Below are positions 18,083 to 28,867 of a stretch of 64,000 nt of DNA, one piece after another (position 1 is the stretch's first letter; every line of letters begins with the position of its first letter). The stretch is from Candidatus Sulfomarinibacteraceae bacterium. GTDB lineage: Bacteria; Acidobacteriota; Thermoanaerobaculia; Thermoanaerobaculales; Sulfomarinibacteraceae. The DNA lies in the NCBI GenBank assembly GCA_963796455.1, contig CAWCLO010000001.1, forward strand, positions 288,001 through 352,000, in the 5' to 3' direction. A model generated the notes under the pieces. That model had not been told where the DNA came from, searched no databases, and saw only the letters and a program-made list of their open reading frames with translations. The position numbers and the translations under genes were made by a program.

Positions 18083-20734
18083 TCAGGGTGTCGCGGCCCA
18101 TTCGGTAGCATCGCCGCTTTCGAAGTCATCAAAAAATATGACCCCGCCATCGCCGAGGCGGCCGACGATCACGTCCCGATCGGTGCCCAGGAGACCACCC
18201 ACCGTGTCGTCAGACTCCCAGGCAAAAAAGACCGTACCCGCCGGGTCCACCACAATGGCCGGACCGACGTCGTCTCCTGCATCGGCGAAGGCGTTGGCGT
18301 TCACCAGACCGACACCCACGTCAGAGGGCAACGACGAGGATCTCGAAACGCTGGCGTGAAAAATATCGATATCACTCCCTGCCGCTCCCAACCCGAGCCC
18401 ATCATCGCTCTGCCATGCGACGTCGATAGCGTCCTCGCCCACAACCATTACGGGGGCGAAGTCCTCCCCGCTGTCGAGGCCGAAGTGATCGAGAAAAAGA
18501 AAAGCCGGTTGCCAACCGGTGGCCGCCTTCTCGGAGCCCGGCGGATCACGTTTTGCGATGTAGAGGTCGTAGTCGCTCCCGGCGCCACCCGCATCATAGG
18601 TGCTGGTCCAAACGGCGTAGATTTCGCCATCCGGCGCCAGCGCCACGCGCGGCGTGTCGTCGGGCGACGAATCGGTTTCGCCGTAGTCGTTGACCAGTTC
18701 CGCCGTGGTCCAGACGCCGCCTTCGCGCCGTGACCAGAAAACATCGGTGTCTGAACCCGCGCCGACATGGTCCGCCCACGAATTCCAGACTAAATGAGCG
18801 GTCCCACCCGGTTCCACCGCGAGATCGAATGAACCGGGGTTCCAATCGGTGGCCGATGGAACGGTCGGAATCTCGGCGAGCCCCCACCCCATTCCGCTTC
18901 GCCGGGCATAGGCCAACTGGCCGGAGATGGTGCTGGTCATCCGATACCAGGCGACATGCAGATTCCCGTAAGCATCAATCTCGATGCGCGGACCGATGTC
19001 ATCGGCTGTGTCGGATGTCCCGGAGGCATGGACCAGTTCGGGGACCGACCAGATTCCGGTGTCGTCGGTCCAGGCATAGAAGATGTCGGCGTCGGTCCCG
19101 GAGTTTCCGGTGATATCGTGCTCACTCGACCACACCGCGTGCAAGAGACCGTTCGGATCCACAGCGATGTCCGGGTCATCGTCGGCACCATCGGACCCCA
19201 ACATCCCGCTGGTGTTGACCAGTTGCTGGTAATCGAAAACGCCGTCGTGGTAAGCGACGTGGTAGATATCCCTATCTGATCCTGTTGAGAGGCCGCCGCC
19301 CGAGTTATCACTCGCCCAGATCAGATGCACCACGCCACCACGTTCCGCCAGACGGACGCGACCGTCAAAATCGCTGTCGTTAGGTGCCCAGTCGGCGGCC
19401 TTGAAGGGCCGGTGATACCCGCGACGCGTCCCAATCGCATGGAACAGATCACGGTCGCTCCCCAACGTACCTCCGACATCGTCCGTGCTGTTCCACATCG
19501 CGCTCAGCACATGATTCGAAGCACAGCGAAGCTCGACATCCTGATCATCCTCTCCGGGGTTGTCAAAGATACCGTTGAGACCCAGATAGGCGATCGGTGA
19601 CCATTGTGACCCCACCGTTCCGTTATGGGAGTAGTAGGTGTCGAGGTCGGTGCCGCTGAAAAAATCGACGTTGCTCTGCCACGCCACGTGCAGCACCCCA
19701 CCCGGTTCGACGCAGATCGACGGCCGCACATCGTCGCTTGAACCATCGGTCGCGGCGGTGCTGTTGACGACATATGGACCCAGGGCGGTCGCGCCGTTTC
19801 GAGTCACCTTGTGTTTGATGTCGTAGTCGATGCCGACGCCTCCGGTGTCGTCCTTCGAGGCCCATACATAATGAGTCTCCAGCAGGGCACCTTTGCCATA
19901 ACTCGCCACCGATGGATACCGGTTCTCAGTCGAGGTGTCACTGACCAAAACTCCCTTGAAACCACCTCCGCCGTCAGCCGCAAACTCTCCGGCGACGATG
20001 AAATGGTTGTTTACGGGCGGAGAGATTTTCTCCCAGGCCGCGACGACCTTCCCTCCTGCGGTCGTTGCCAGCGCGACCGGGCCGACTGCCGGGCCGTCAT
20101 AAACCAGTGCATTACCCCAATTCGACTCCGATCTGACCCGCCAATACAAACCGGGATTGGTGCCGTTCTCGTACTGCCAGAGAGCAATGACGGCACCATC
20201 GCCGCTGACTGCGAGGTTTGGCATCGTTTCGTTGTTCCACGCCGAAAGGTTGTCGGTCGTCGCGCTGCTGTTGACTGGCTCGACGGTGCCCCATCCGGAA
20301 ACAGGATCGAGCTGCCGATAAAATATGTCCCAGTCGGTGCCGGCGCCGTTGAAATCGTGCTGGCTCTGCCAGATGCAGTGAAGGGATCCGTCCTCTGCGA
20401 TCGCCAGCCTGGGTCGCTCATCAACATCGCTGTCAGTGGTCGCCCACGAGTTCACGGCGATCGGCGCGCTCCAGCCGGCGCCGGAATTCGTTGAATAGAG
20501 GATGTCCGGATCAGAATCGCCGATTCCCGGATAGGGGTTCGACGACGCCCACACGACATGCATCGTCCCGTCATCCGCGATCACGTGGGAGGCAAAAAGA
20601 TCTTCACCCGGATCGACGTCGGCAAAAGGATTGACGACCCCCGGAGGAAAAAACTGGGCTGCCGCCGGAGCTGCAAGGAATGTCATGACCGCAAGGAATA
20701 TGAATCTCGCCCACACCTGGCGGCGTCGTGTCAT
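18083..20734 (-). CDS. Large secreted repeat protein (beta-propeller-like) with C-terminal IFFDDFESGD motif
   Basis: Signal peptide ending AAAQ; repeated GxDxDIFY and DDxxP...HxxW units. Confidence 0.8.
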   Translation of the reverse strand: MTRRRQVWARFIFLAVMTFLAAPAAAQFFPPGVVNPFADVDPGEDLFASHVIADDGTMHVVWASSNPYPGIGDSDPDILYSTNSGAGWSAPIAVNSWATTDSDVDERPRLAIAEDGSLHCIWQSQHDFNGAGTDWDIFYRQLDPVSGWGTVEPVNSSATTDNLSAWNNETMPNLAVSGDGAVIALWQYENGTNPGLYWRVRSESNWGNALVYDGPAVGPVALATTAGGKVVAAWEKISPPVNNHFIVAGEFAADGGGGFKGVLVSDTSTENRYPSVASYGKGALLETHYVWASKDDTGGVGIDYDIKHKVTRNGATALGPYVVNSTAATDGSSDDVRPSICVEPGGVLHVAWQSNVDFFSGTDLDTYYSHNGTVGSQWSPIAYLGLNGIFDNPGEDDQDVELRCASNHVLSAMWNSTDDVGGTLGSDRDLFHAIGTRRGYHRPFKAADWAPNDSDFDGRVRLAERGGVVHLIWASDNSGGGLSTGSDRDIYHVAYHDGVFDYQQLVNTSGMLGSDGADDDPDIAVDPNGLLHAVWSSEHDITGNSGTDADIFYAWTDDTGIWSVPELVHASGTSDTADDIGPRIEIDAYGNLHVAWYRMTSTISGQLAYARRSGMGWGLAEIPTVPSATDWNPGSFDLAVEPGGTAHLVWNSWADHVGAGSDTDVFWSRREGGVWTTAELVNDYGETDSSPDDTPRVALAPDGEIYAVWTSTYDAGGAGSDYDLYIAKRDPPGSEKAATGWQPAFLFLDHFGLDSGEDFAPVMVVGEDAIDVAWQSDDGLGLGAAGSDIDIFHASVSRSSSLPSDVGVGLVNANAFADAGDDVGPAIVVDPAGTVFFAWESDDTVGGLLGTDRDVIVGRLGDGGVIFFDDFESGDATEWAATP

Positions 20735-20892
20735 TTCCGAGATGATGCCTGTTACCCACCGATTCTCGGGGTCAAAAAGAAAGAAACTCATGCTCCGCCT
20801 CCCGTCTCTGCAACTCGATTCGACCGCTTGTGTGTGATGTCGTCCGGAATTCTACCAGTAGACAAAATAATTTTTGCGATTTTTGATCGAAT

Positions 20893-20917
20893 TATGAGAA
20901 GAGTACTCATTCTCATA
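20893..20917. promoter_or_regulatory. AT-rich palindromic operator (Fur-box-like) between divergent genes
   Basis: TATGAGAA-GAGTACTCA-TTCTCATA, with a TTGACA nearby. Confidence 0.4.
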
Positions 20918-21052
20918 CAAAAATCATTGACAAAGCCAACTGAGTGTCGGAAATTGTTTGGCAACAACGACACAGTTGTCGGTATTCACACGTTCATCGT
21001 CCAGTTCCAGAACCGGCGTTTCGCGTGCGACAAAAACCAAGGAGGTGGAGCA

Positions 21053-22431
21053 GTGAGGCACAAACTGTTCACGACATTGGCGTTTTTTGATCTTCGACGG
21101 CCCGCTACCGGTATCGGACGGGCCGCCGCCTGCGGGGTGCTCTGCCTGATGGTTGCCATGGTTTGCGCCTCGCCCGCCGCGGCCCAGGAAAAATCCTGGT
21201 GGCACAATGAACTCAGGCTGAATCTGGTCAACGCCAACCCCTGGATCACCGCGATCCACCCCGACAGCGGTTGGCAGCTGACCATCGACATGCAGGCAAA
21301 AAACCGCGAACTCCTCGGTATCGGGGTCGAGTGGTTCCCCCTTATTTCCCGAAAACCGACAAAAGAGGATTCCTGCTCTTTGACGACCCGGATCACTGTC
21401 CTTCGTTCATCCCGTTTGGTGGACAGTATCTGGACCTTCTCACACCTACTATTGCGCCGGCACGCCAGATCCGCGAACTCCCGGACTGCGTCCCTCCCGA
21501 CTGGCGACCGACTCTGCTGAGCGAGGGGATCGACCCTTGCGGCGGGTCCGTTCCCGAGTCGCTGATCGAAAGTTTACTCTGGACGAAGGACGAGACCTGG
21601 GTCGAGTTCACTCCCGGTCTGAGCTTGATGGATCCGGTCGGTACCGGCACCTTCGTTCCCGTCGAAGACACCGAGGAAGCAAGGCCGGAGCTCTGGAGTT
21701 GGGGCAGCGGCTGGCAGTTGGCGCCCTCGGTCCCTAACGCTCGGAACGGTCGGTGACGACGTCAGGTACGGAAACTGGCGGCGCATGCCCGGTCTGGTGG
21801 TGGTGGCGGACCACGGACCCGGAGTCCGAATCAATCTTCCCGCAGAGGGCGAGACCGAACCGGCCCCCGACTATTTCGACCTCATCGAACCCCGCGAGGC
21901 GTGGAACTTGGCCGGGTTCTTCCAATCGGCGGCTTACTCACTCATGGGCGGGACCCGCGAGACCTCGTTGATGGCCCACATGAATGTGCCGTACGGAGTT
22001 TTCGCCCCGGTCATCTTGTACGACAACAACATCAGCCTGCCGACCGCCGACGACGCCGGGGTGTTGTGCGGAACGGACGACGCCCTGTATCGCGTGGACG
22101 GTGGGCCCCTCACCTGTTGGGAGGGCGGCAGGCTCGAGCAATCTCGACCCGATCGTCAACGAGATCGTGGTGACCGTGCGGGTCTTCATGCTCGACGGCG
22201 TCGCGCCGGATATCCTCGTCGACATGGATGGCAACGGAAGAATCGACATTCGAGACGCCGAGCTCATGGGCTACGACCCGGTCTCGAACCAGCAGACAAC
22301 CCGATTCACCGAATACTTCGAGATCCATCTGCGACCACTCCTACGATTTTGACGGCGACGGCATCGGCGGCACCTGTGTCGCCGGGCGCACGGCCTGGAG
22401 GTCTGACGCGTCCTCCACGCTGATCGAATAG
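21053..22431 (+). pseudogene. Secreted hypothetical protein broken by at least 4 frameshifts (pseudogene or sequencing error)
   Basis: GGAGG + GTG start and signal peptide. Coding signal hops frames near 21340 (C5 run), ~21740, ~22130 and ~22325. EF-hand/dockerin-like DMDGNGRIDIRD and DFDGDG motifs in the later fragments. Confidence 0.6.
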
Positions 22432-22457
22432 ATCTCTGAATTCTTGTCGGCGGGCGA

Positions 22458-25416
22458 CTACTCCAGGTCGCCCGCCAATTTTTTCGCCTTCATGAGATCG
22501 GGCAGTTCTGGGTCGGCATCTCGCCAAATGGAGAGAAAGTCCTTGGCCTGCCCCGCGGCCTTGTCCGGACGACCCATCTCCTGATGCACCTCAGCCAGGA
22601 CCAACTGGGCGCGATTACGATCGAGTTGGAGGTCGAGGCGTGGGTCGGCCGGGTCGAGCGCCTCGCTCGCCTGGCGGGCGGCAGCCAGTGCCTCGGGCAA
22701 TCGCCCAGCCTCGAGATAGGCGGCGGCCAACCCGAGGCGATAGATTGAGTATTCGTAGCCTTCGAGGGTCACGGCGAGCGTCAGTTCCGCAAGTGCCTCG
22801 TCGGTCGCGCCCTCCGAGAGCAATACCATGCCGCGCAGATAGGCAGCGGCCTTGTCCTCGGTCCGATCGGGATCATCCGCGGGCAGCGCACCCTGATTGA
22901 TCAACGCCGCGGTGGCTCGGACCGCATCATGATCTCGTCGATCCAGCTCAAAGACGCCGCGCGCAAACAGGTAGCGGGTCGGAACCCCTGGAGATCGCTT
23001 GATCGCGTTTTCCAGGAGGCGCCGTGCGGCCCGGTTGTCGCCGATTTCCGAGAGACACGAACCGCGGACCGACAGGGCCATGGCCTCGCGAACCTGCTCG
23101 GCCTCGATCTCATCGGACAGACCTGCGAGGGCCGCTTCTGCACCGACGAATCGCCCCTGGCTGCGGAGCACCGAGGCCAGCTCGAAGACGGCGTTGATGC
23201 GGTCGAGGGGCGGGACATTCGGATCTTCCACCAACGTTCTGAGCGTCGCTTCGGCCTGTCGACTCTGCCCCTGAACAGCCTCGACAACGGCCAGGCTCGT
23301 GGCAGCGAGGTAGAAGGTCGGATCCGAGTCGAGGGCCTTTCGATACTCTTCCGCGGCGAGGTCGAATTCTCCCTGTGCCCGGTAGGCATCACCGAGGGAG
23401 TGATGGCCGTTGGCGCTGTCCGGTTCGATCTCGACATAACGCTGAAACGCAATGACCGCACCGGTGTAATCGCCGAGGGCGAGGTGGGCATAACCCATCA
23501 TGCTCTGGACCACGGTGTCATTGGGATCGAGGTCGGCCAGTAGGCGCAGTTCGCCAATCTCCTCGGCATATCGACCTGTGTCGTGGAGAATTCCCGCCAA
23601 CAAATGGCGTGCATCGCCGTCATAGGGGTAGAGCTCCACCAGCCTCCGATACTCTTCGAGGGCATCGTCAAGCCGTGATTCAAACTCTGCCTGGGCGGCG
23701 CGAACATAGCGGGCCTCCCGATCGGTGAGCCGACCCGCCTCGGATGCGGCCCGCCCGATTTCCGTCATCGCCTCATCGCGCCGACCCGTCGCGGCGAGGA
23801 CCCAGGCAAGGCGGTATCGAGCCATCGTGAATTCGGGCGCCAGAGCGAGCGCTTCGACAAAGCTGGTTTCGGCCCGGTCAAAATCCCACGCAGCAAAAGC
23901 ATTCAGACCAAGCAGGTAGGAGCGAAAAGCTTCGGGATTGTCGACCACGAAATCGGCCGAGAAGATGTCCACCGAGTCTTCGGGGGGCAGACCGAGACCC
24001 TTGCGCGCTGCGGCGGCCACCTCGTCGGCACAACTGAGCAGAGACCTCGGGTTGAGGTCATTCACCCGGGTTGCGGCAAGACTCTCACCGGTCGCAGTGT
24101 CGTTGATCCGAGCGGACACCGAGACGCCGGTCTCACCGAGCATGATTTCGCCGGTCACAAGGGCGTCGATCCCGACTTGTGCCGCGGCGGACACAACATC
24201 CGTGCCACTGCCTTCGGCTCCGAGAACCGCCTCCATCCTCGGTCCGGGCATCACCTGGAGCAGACGGCTCCCGGCCAGAGAATCGGTCACGAGTCTCGCG
24301 ATTCCTTCGCCGTACCACTCGTATTCCGGGCTCCCGGTCCGGTTGATGAAGTTCGCCACACCAACTACCTTGGCCGGCGACAGTTTGGAAACAGGGTCTT
24401 CGGTCGAAGGTCGGTGTGGGACCGGCTGAGGGAGAGCGTCCCGCCCACCACCACCCGAGCCCTGCAACCGCGATGACGGCGGCAACCGCGACCGCTGCAA
24501 CAAGGCTGCGCCGATGCCACCCAGGACGGGCATCCCTGGAGCGGCGACCCGGTTCGCCGGAAACCGCCGTCTTTTCCGCATCGTAGCCGGCCCCCGTTAC
24601 CGAGGCGGAGGTATCGACCGCACCAAGATCGGAGAGCATCTGACGCAGACTCGAGTAGCGTTTCTTCGGGTTCCGATCGAGGCAATTCGCGATGGCGAGT
24701 TCCAGGTCCTCGGGCACATCACTTCGGAGTTCGCTCACCGGTTGCAGTTCCTGGGACAAGATGGCAAACATGATCGCGGTCGCGTTGTCGCCTTTGATGG
24801 CACGGGACCCGGTCACCATTTCATAGAGAATCGCGCCCACCGACCAGATATCCGATCGGGCATCGACATCGCCGCCGGTGGCTTGCTCGGGCGACATATA
24901 TGCCGGCGTGCCCATCGTGGCCCCGGTCTGGGTCAGGTGGGTGACATCGCTCAGCTTGGCGAGACCAAAATCGAGGATCTTGACCCCGCCGGGCGACAGG
25001 ATGATGTTTGCAGGTTTGATATCGCGGTGGACGATTCCAGCATCGTGCGCCGCGGCCAGGCCTTCGGCGATCTGAATGGCGATGGCTCGCGCCTGCTCGA
25101 AGGGGATCGGACCGCGGAGGATCCTCTGTTTGATGGTCTCGCCGGGGCAATAGGCCATCGCGATAAACGGCTGTCCGTCGTCGGTTTCGCCGATCTCGAA
25201 CACGGTGCAGATTCTCGAGCTATCGAGCGCCGAGGCGGCTTTCGCCTCGCGCAGAAAGCGCTCGCGCATCTCCGGGTTCTCGCCGAGATCGGTGGGCAGG
25301 AATTTGAGGGCCACAACGCGGTCGAGTTTTTGATCCCGCGCCCGGTACACAACCCCCATGCCTCCCCGACCTAGCCGATCGAGGACCTCGTAATGGGAAA
25401 CTGTCCGCCCTTCCAC
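22458..25416 (-). CDS. Ser/Thr protein kinase - TM - TolB-like - TPR protein, split by one frameshift near 24400
   Basis: 24133..25416: LGRGGMG, VALK, HRDIKPAN, DFG, GTPAYMSPE, then TM. 22458..24581 continues with VANFINRTG...WYGEG and TPRs. Confidence 0.85.
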
Positions 25417-25492
25417 TGCTGCTCCAGTATAGAGAGTTTCAAGAAAACCGGATGTGAATCCTCAGCCCCCTTGTCAACGTATACTCCTTCAA

Positions 25493-27205
25493 ATGGCATC
25501 CGAACTCGACCGTCGATCATCGAGTGTGCGCACACCGGCACACACCCAGGCAGGCCTCTGTCTACTCCTCGCCTGTGCCCTCTTCATAACCTTCGAAGCC
25601 CAATCAGGGGGGCCCTCGGCCACACCGATCCCGCCGACAGGGTCGCTTTTCTGTTCGGCGGCTGACAGCGTCATCCCCCCGCAAACGAAAATCGGTTCCC
25701 GGACGGTCGAAGAATGGCGGGAAGCGGTTGACCGACACTGGGGCAATGGTGTGGCGACGCCCGAAAAACTCCGGATATTCGATCTCGCGTGGAATGAGCT
25801 CGACCGGGAGTACGGCGCCTTCATGAATCTCGAGGTCGACCTGTCGGGATTGCGGACGCGCTACCGGGAAGAAATTGCCGGTGGGGTCAGCAGGGGCCGC
25901 TTTGCGGCCATCATGAACCACCTTTCACTCCACATGCTGGATGCCCACACGGCGATCATGAACGGGCCCGTCAACTGGAACACCGCCCTGCTGCCCGGAA
26001 CTCCCCTCTTCGTGGTCGGCGGGTGGCGAGACAACTCATATTTCGGTGCCGCATTGACTCCAACCCACGATGGTTCCCTCCTGGTCTACCGGACGGTGCT
26101 CGACCACGCACTCGGACTCGAACCCGGCGACCTCGTGCTCGGTTACGACGGAGTGTTGTGGAAGGATCTCTGGCCTCAACTGGTGGCCGCCGAACTCCCG
26201 ATCCGACTCCAGTGGGTCTGGGGAAGCACGGTGGCGTCGATGGAACATTGCATGCTCATGAGCGCGGGCATGAACTGGCACCTTTTCGACACCATCGAAA
26301 TTCAAAAATACGGCTCCGACGAGATCATCAGCCTGCCGACTGATCTGTTGGTCGGTCAACGAGGGCTGGTCTGGGGAAACGAGCAACTGCCGGTTCCGGG
26401 CGTCGAGATGCCGGACTTCATCAACGAGGACTACATCACCTGGGGAATCATCGACGGCACCCAGATCGGATACATCTACGTGGCTTCGTGGGCCTGGGAG
26501 ACCCAATACCAGATCGCCGCACAGTGGTACGAGGCCCTCGGCGAACTCATGCATCACCACGAGACAACAGGCCTGATCGTCGACTTCCGCCTCAACTACG
26601 GCGGCGACATGCGCCAAGCCCACAGCGGATACACCTATTTGTTCAACGAACGAATCACCGCCGTCGGTTTCGATGTTCGCGGCAGCCCCGATGACCATCT
26701 CGACATGGTGCCGTCGCGCACCCACATCCCCGGAATGTTCACCATCCCCGGAAACCCCGCCACGTTCTATGACAAACCCGTCGCAGTCCTCATCGGCCCG
26801 GGTGCGGTCAGCAACGGCGACTGGGAGTCGCTGCGGATGGGCTTCCACCCGATGGTTCGCAGATTTGGCAAAGCGACCAACGGCGCCTTCACTCTTTCGA
26901 ACTACCCCGATCTCGGCGCTGATTGGTTTTTTTCAAAGGCCACCGGCAGCGGCTATCTGATCGAGGGACATCACTACCTCGCCCACACCGGTGTACAGCC
27001 CGAGGTCGAGGTGTGGTTGGATCAGGATGGCGTCGCGATGGGAAGGGACACCGTCGTCGCGGCCGCCAGAAACTGGATCGACAGCCGGTGGCGTCGACAG
27101 CCGCGTGGGCGGAGGTTGCTTGGATCACCGGGCTCAGTCGGCGCTCAACTCTCGCGTCACCTTCACGCCTTGTCCACCGGTACCCCGCAGGATTTGACGA
27201 ACTGA
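25493..27205 (+). CDS. S41-family peptidase with PDZ-like region
   Basis: DAHT, LEPGDLVL, IGYIYV, LIVDFRLNYGG, PVAVLIGPGAVS, GVQPEV; start uncertain. Confidence 0.8.
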   Translation: MASELDRRSSSVRTPAHTQAGLCLLLACALFITFEAQSGGPSATPIPPTGSLFCSAADSVIPPQTKIGSRTVEEWREAVDRHWGNGVATPEKLRIFDLAWNELDREYGAFMNLEVDLSGLRTRYREEIAGGVSRGRFAAIMNHLSLHMLDAHTAIMNGPVNWNTALLPGTPLFVVGGWRDNSYFGAALTPTHDGSLLVYRTVLDHALGLEPGDLVLGYDGVLWKDLWPQLVAAELPIRLQWVWGSTVASMEHCMLMSAGMNWHLFDTIEIQKYGSDEIISLPTDLLVGQRGLVWGNEQLPVPGVEMPDFINEDYITWGIIDGTQIGYIYVASWAWETQYQIAAQWYEALGELMHHHETTGLIVDFRLNYGGDMRQAHSGYTYLFNERITAVGFDVRGSPDDHLDMVPSRTHIPGMFTIPGNPATFYDKPVAVLIGPGAVSNGDWESLRMGFHPMVRRFGKATNGAFTLSNYPDLGADWFFSKATGSGYLIEGHHYLAHTGVQPEVEVWLDQDGVAMGRDTVVAAARNWIDSRWRRQPRGRRLLGSPGSVGAQLSRHLHALSTGTPQDLTN

Positions 27206-27229
27206 CGGGGCCTCTCCCGAGTCTCCGGC

Positions 27230-28627
27230 TCAGTGCACCCGAACAGCTCTCTGGATTGGCAATGGTGGATCGAGCGCCTGACCAACCGCGGGCATGGCGT
27301 GGATCTCGCGAACGAGTTCCATTCCCTCGACGACACGTCCAAAGGCGGCGAAACCCTGGCCGTCCGGGTTGCGCCGGCCACCGAAATCGAGTTCGGGTTG
27401 ATCTCCAATGCAGAAGAAGAAGGAGTGGGTCGCGGTATCCGGTCCACCACGCGCCATCGAGATCGAGCCGTCGAGATGCCGGAGCCCGGTCTCACTTGTT
27501 CTTTCGAGGGCGATCGCTTCGTAGCCCTCGTCCTCTCGATCGGGATTCGCACCGCCCTGAATGACGGCAATCCGAATCAGATCGTCGGGCTGGTTTTCGG
27601 CGGTGACCGTACGAAAGAACTCGCCGTCAGAATAAAAACCCTCGAGCACATAGCGAAGGAAATTCTCGGTGGTTGAGGGGGCATTGACCGCGTCCAGTTC
27701 GACGACGATGCTGCCAAGGGAGGTATCGATCTGGATTCGCGGCAAATCGGTGATTGGATATTTGCGCCACACAAAACGGGGCGCGGAGGCCTCATCAAGG
27801 GCATTCAGATGGGCGCGCTCCGCCTCCTCTCGCTCTGCAGGTCGTTGATAACGCCAATCGCCGTCTCCAAAGACCTCTCGGCAAAGATCCGCGAGCGCCG
27901 GATCATAGCTCTCGAGTTCGCTCCGTGTATTGACCGAATTGTGGAGCGAGTCGTTTTCCCGGTTGTCGCCAAACCAGCTCTGGACGGCCTCGGCCCAGTA
28001 CTCCGCCGGGTTGCTGATGGCGTAAGTGCCCCGCCAAAGCCCTGCCTGCACCGCTCCGTCGTAAGCGGCACGCAACCGTGCCTCGAAAGTCGGGTCGATC
28101 TGGTTCAGACCCATCGCGTGAATCGCGTGGGCGAACTCATGGATCAGGATATTTTCGGTCGAATATGGATCCCCGGGGTAGCCGAGAAGGTTTTCCTCGG
28201 CGCAGCTCACGACCGGTGCCTCCGGAGTCGCTCCCAGACCGCGGGCGCGGCGATCCCAGTAGACCGCCGGTTCGAGGTCGGCGTGTTCGGGCACATCGGT
28301 CGTGAACTCGTTCCACGCCATGACCGCGAGCCGGACCTTCTGCTCGGCCATAGCGTCCAGGATGTCCCCTCGTCCACCAAGCATCCGACCGACGATCCAA
28401 CCCGCCTCGAGCATCGCCTCGTCGGAGACCTGGTCCGAGCCCACGACGGGAAACTCGCCGACCATCACGCTCTTGGAATAGAAACTGTCCAATTCGAAGT
28501 TTGACCGCAGGTCGTCAGAGATCTGCCGCACACTCAACTCACTCCCTGGCCCGCCCGATCCGCAAGACACCAAAAAGGTGAGCGTCACTGAAAACCACAG
28601 GAATGCCAACACGCGATGAATTCGCAA
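27230..28627 (-). CDS. Lipoprotein: HEXXH zinc-peptidase domain fused to cyclophilin-type PPIase
   Basis: GGAGG + TTG at 28627; LVS-C lipobox; IHEFAH, EYWAE; then APSTTENF, VIQGG, GSISMAR, FGRVVEGM. Confidence 0.85.
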   Translation of the reverse strand: MRIHRVLAFLWFSVTLTFLVSCGSGGPGSELSVRQISDDLRSNFELDSFYSKSVMVGEFPVVGSDQVSDEAMLEAGWIVGRMLGGRGDILDAMAEQKVRLAVMAWNEFTTDVPEHADLEPAVYWDRRARGLGATPEAPVVSCAEENLLGYPGDPYSTENILIHEFAHAIHAMGLNQIDPTFEARLRAAYDGAVQAGLWRGTYAISNPAEYWAEAVQSWFGDNRENDSLHNSVNTRSELESYDPALADLCREVFGDGDWRYQRPAEREEAERAHLNALDEASAPRFVWRKYPITDLPRIQIDTSLGSIVVELDAVNAPSTTENFLRYVLEGFYSDGEFFRTVTAENQPDDLIRIAVIQGGANPDREDEGYEAIALERTSETGLRHLDGSISMARGGPDTATHSFFFCIGDQPELDFGGRRNPDGQGFAAFGRVVEGMELVREIHAMPAVGQALDPPLPIQRAVRVH

Positions 28628-28637
28628 GACCCCTCCA

Positions 28638-28672
28638 GAAATCCGAAATCCGAAATCCGAAATCCGAAATCC
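28638..28672. repeat. (GAAATCC)5 heptamer tandem repeat
   Basis: Five exact units directly upstream of the RBS of the minus-strand gene. Confidence 0.9.
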
Positions 28673-28693
28673 AACAAATGCTACCATCCCGGA

Positions 28694-28816
28694 ATGTCAT
28701 TCGTTCTGCTCTACATCGTGATCGGCATTGTCGTCTTCTACCTTGTGGCAGGCGTCCTGCGCTGGCTCCGGCAGGAATTTCAGCCGGACACGGATCGAAA
28801 AAAAGACAGCAGGTGA
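28694..28816 (+). CDS. Small single-TM protein (40 aa)
   Basis: MSFVLLYIVIGIVVFYLVAGVLRWLRQEFQPDTDRKKDSR; weak RBS. Confidence 0.45.
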   Translation: MSFVLLYIVIGIVVFYLVAGVLRWLRQEFQPDTDRKKDSR

Positions 28817-28867
28817 GTGACCGCGCTCATTCTCAAACCCTCTGATCGACGCTAACCTTGTTGCATC

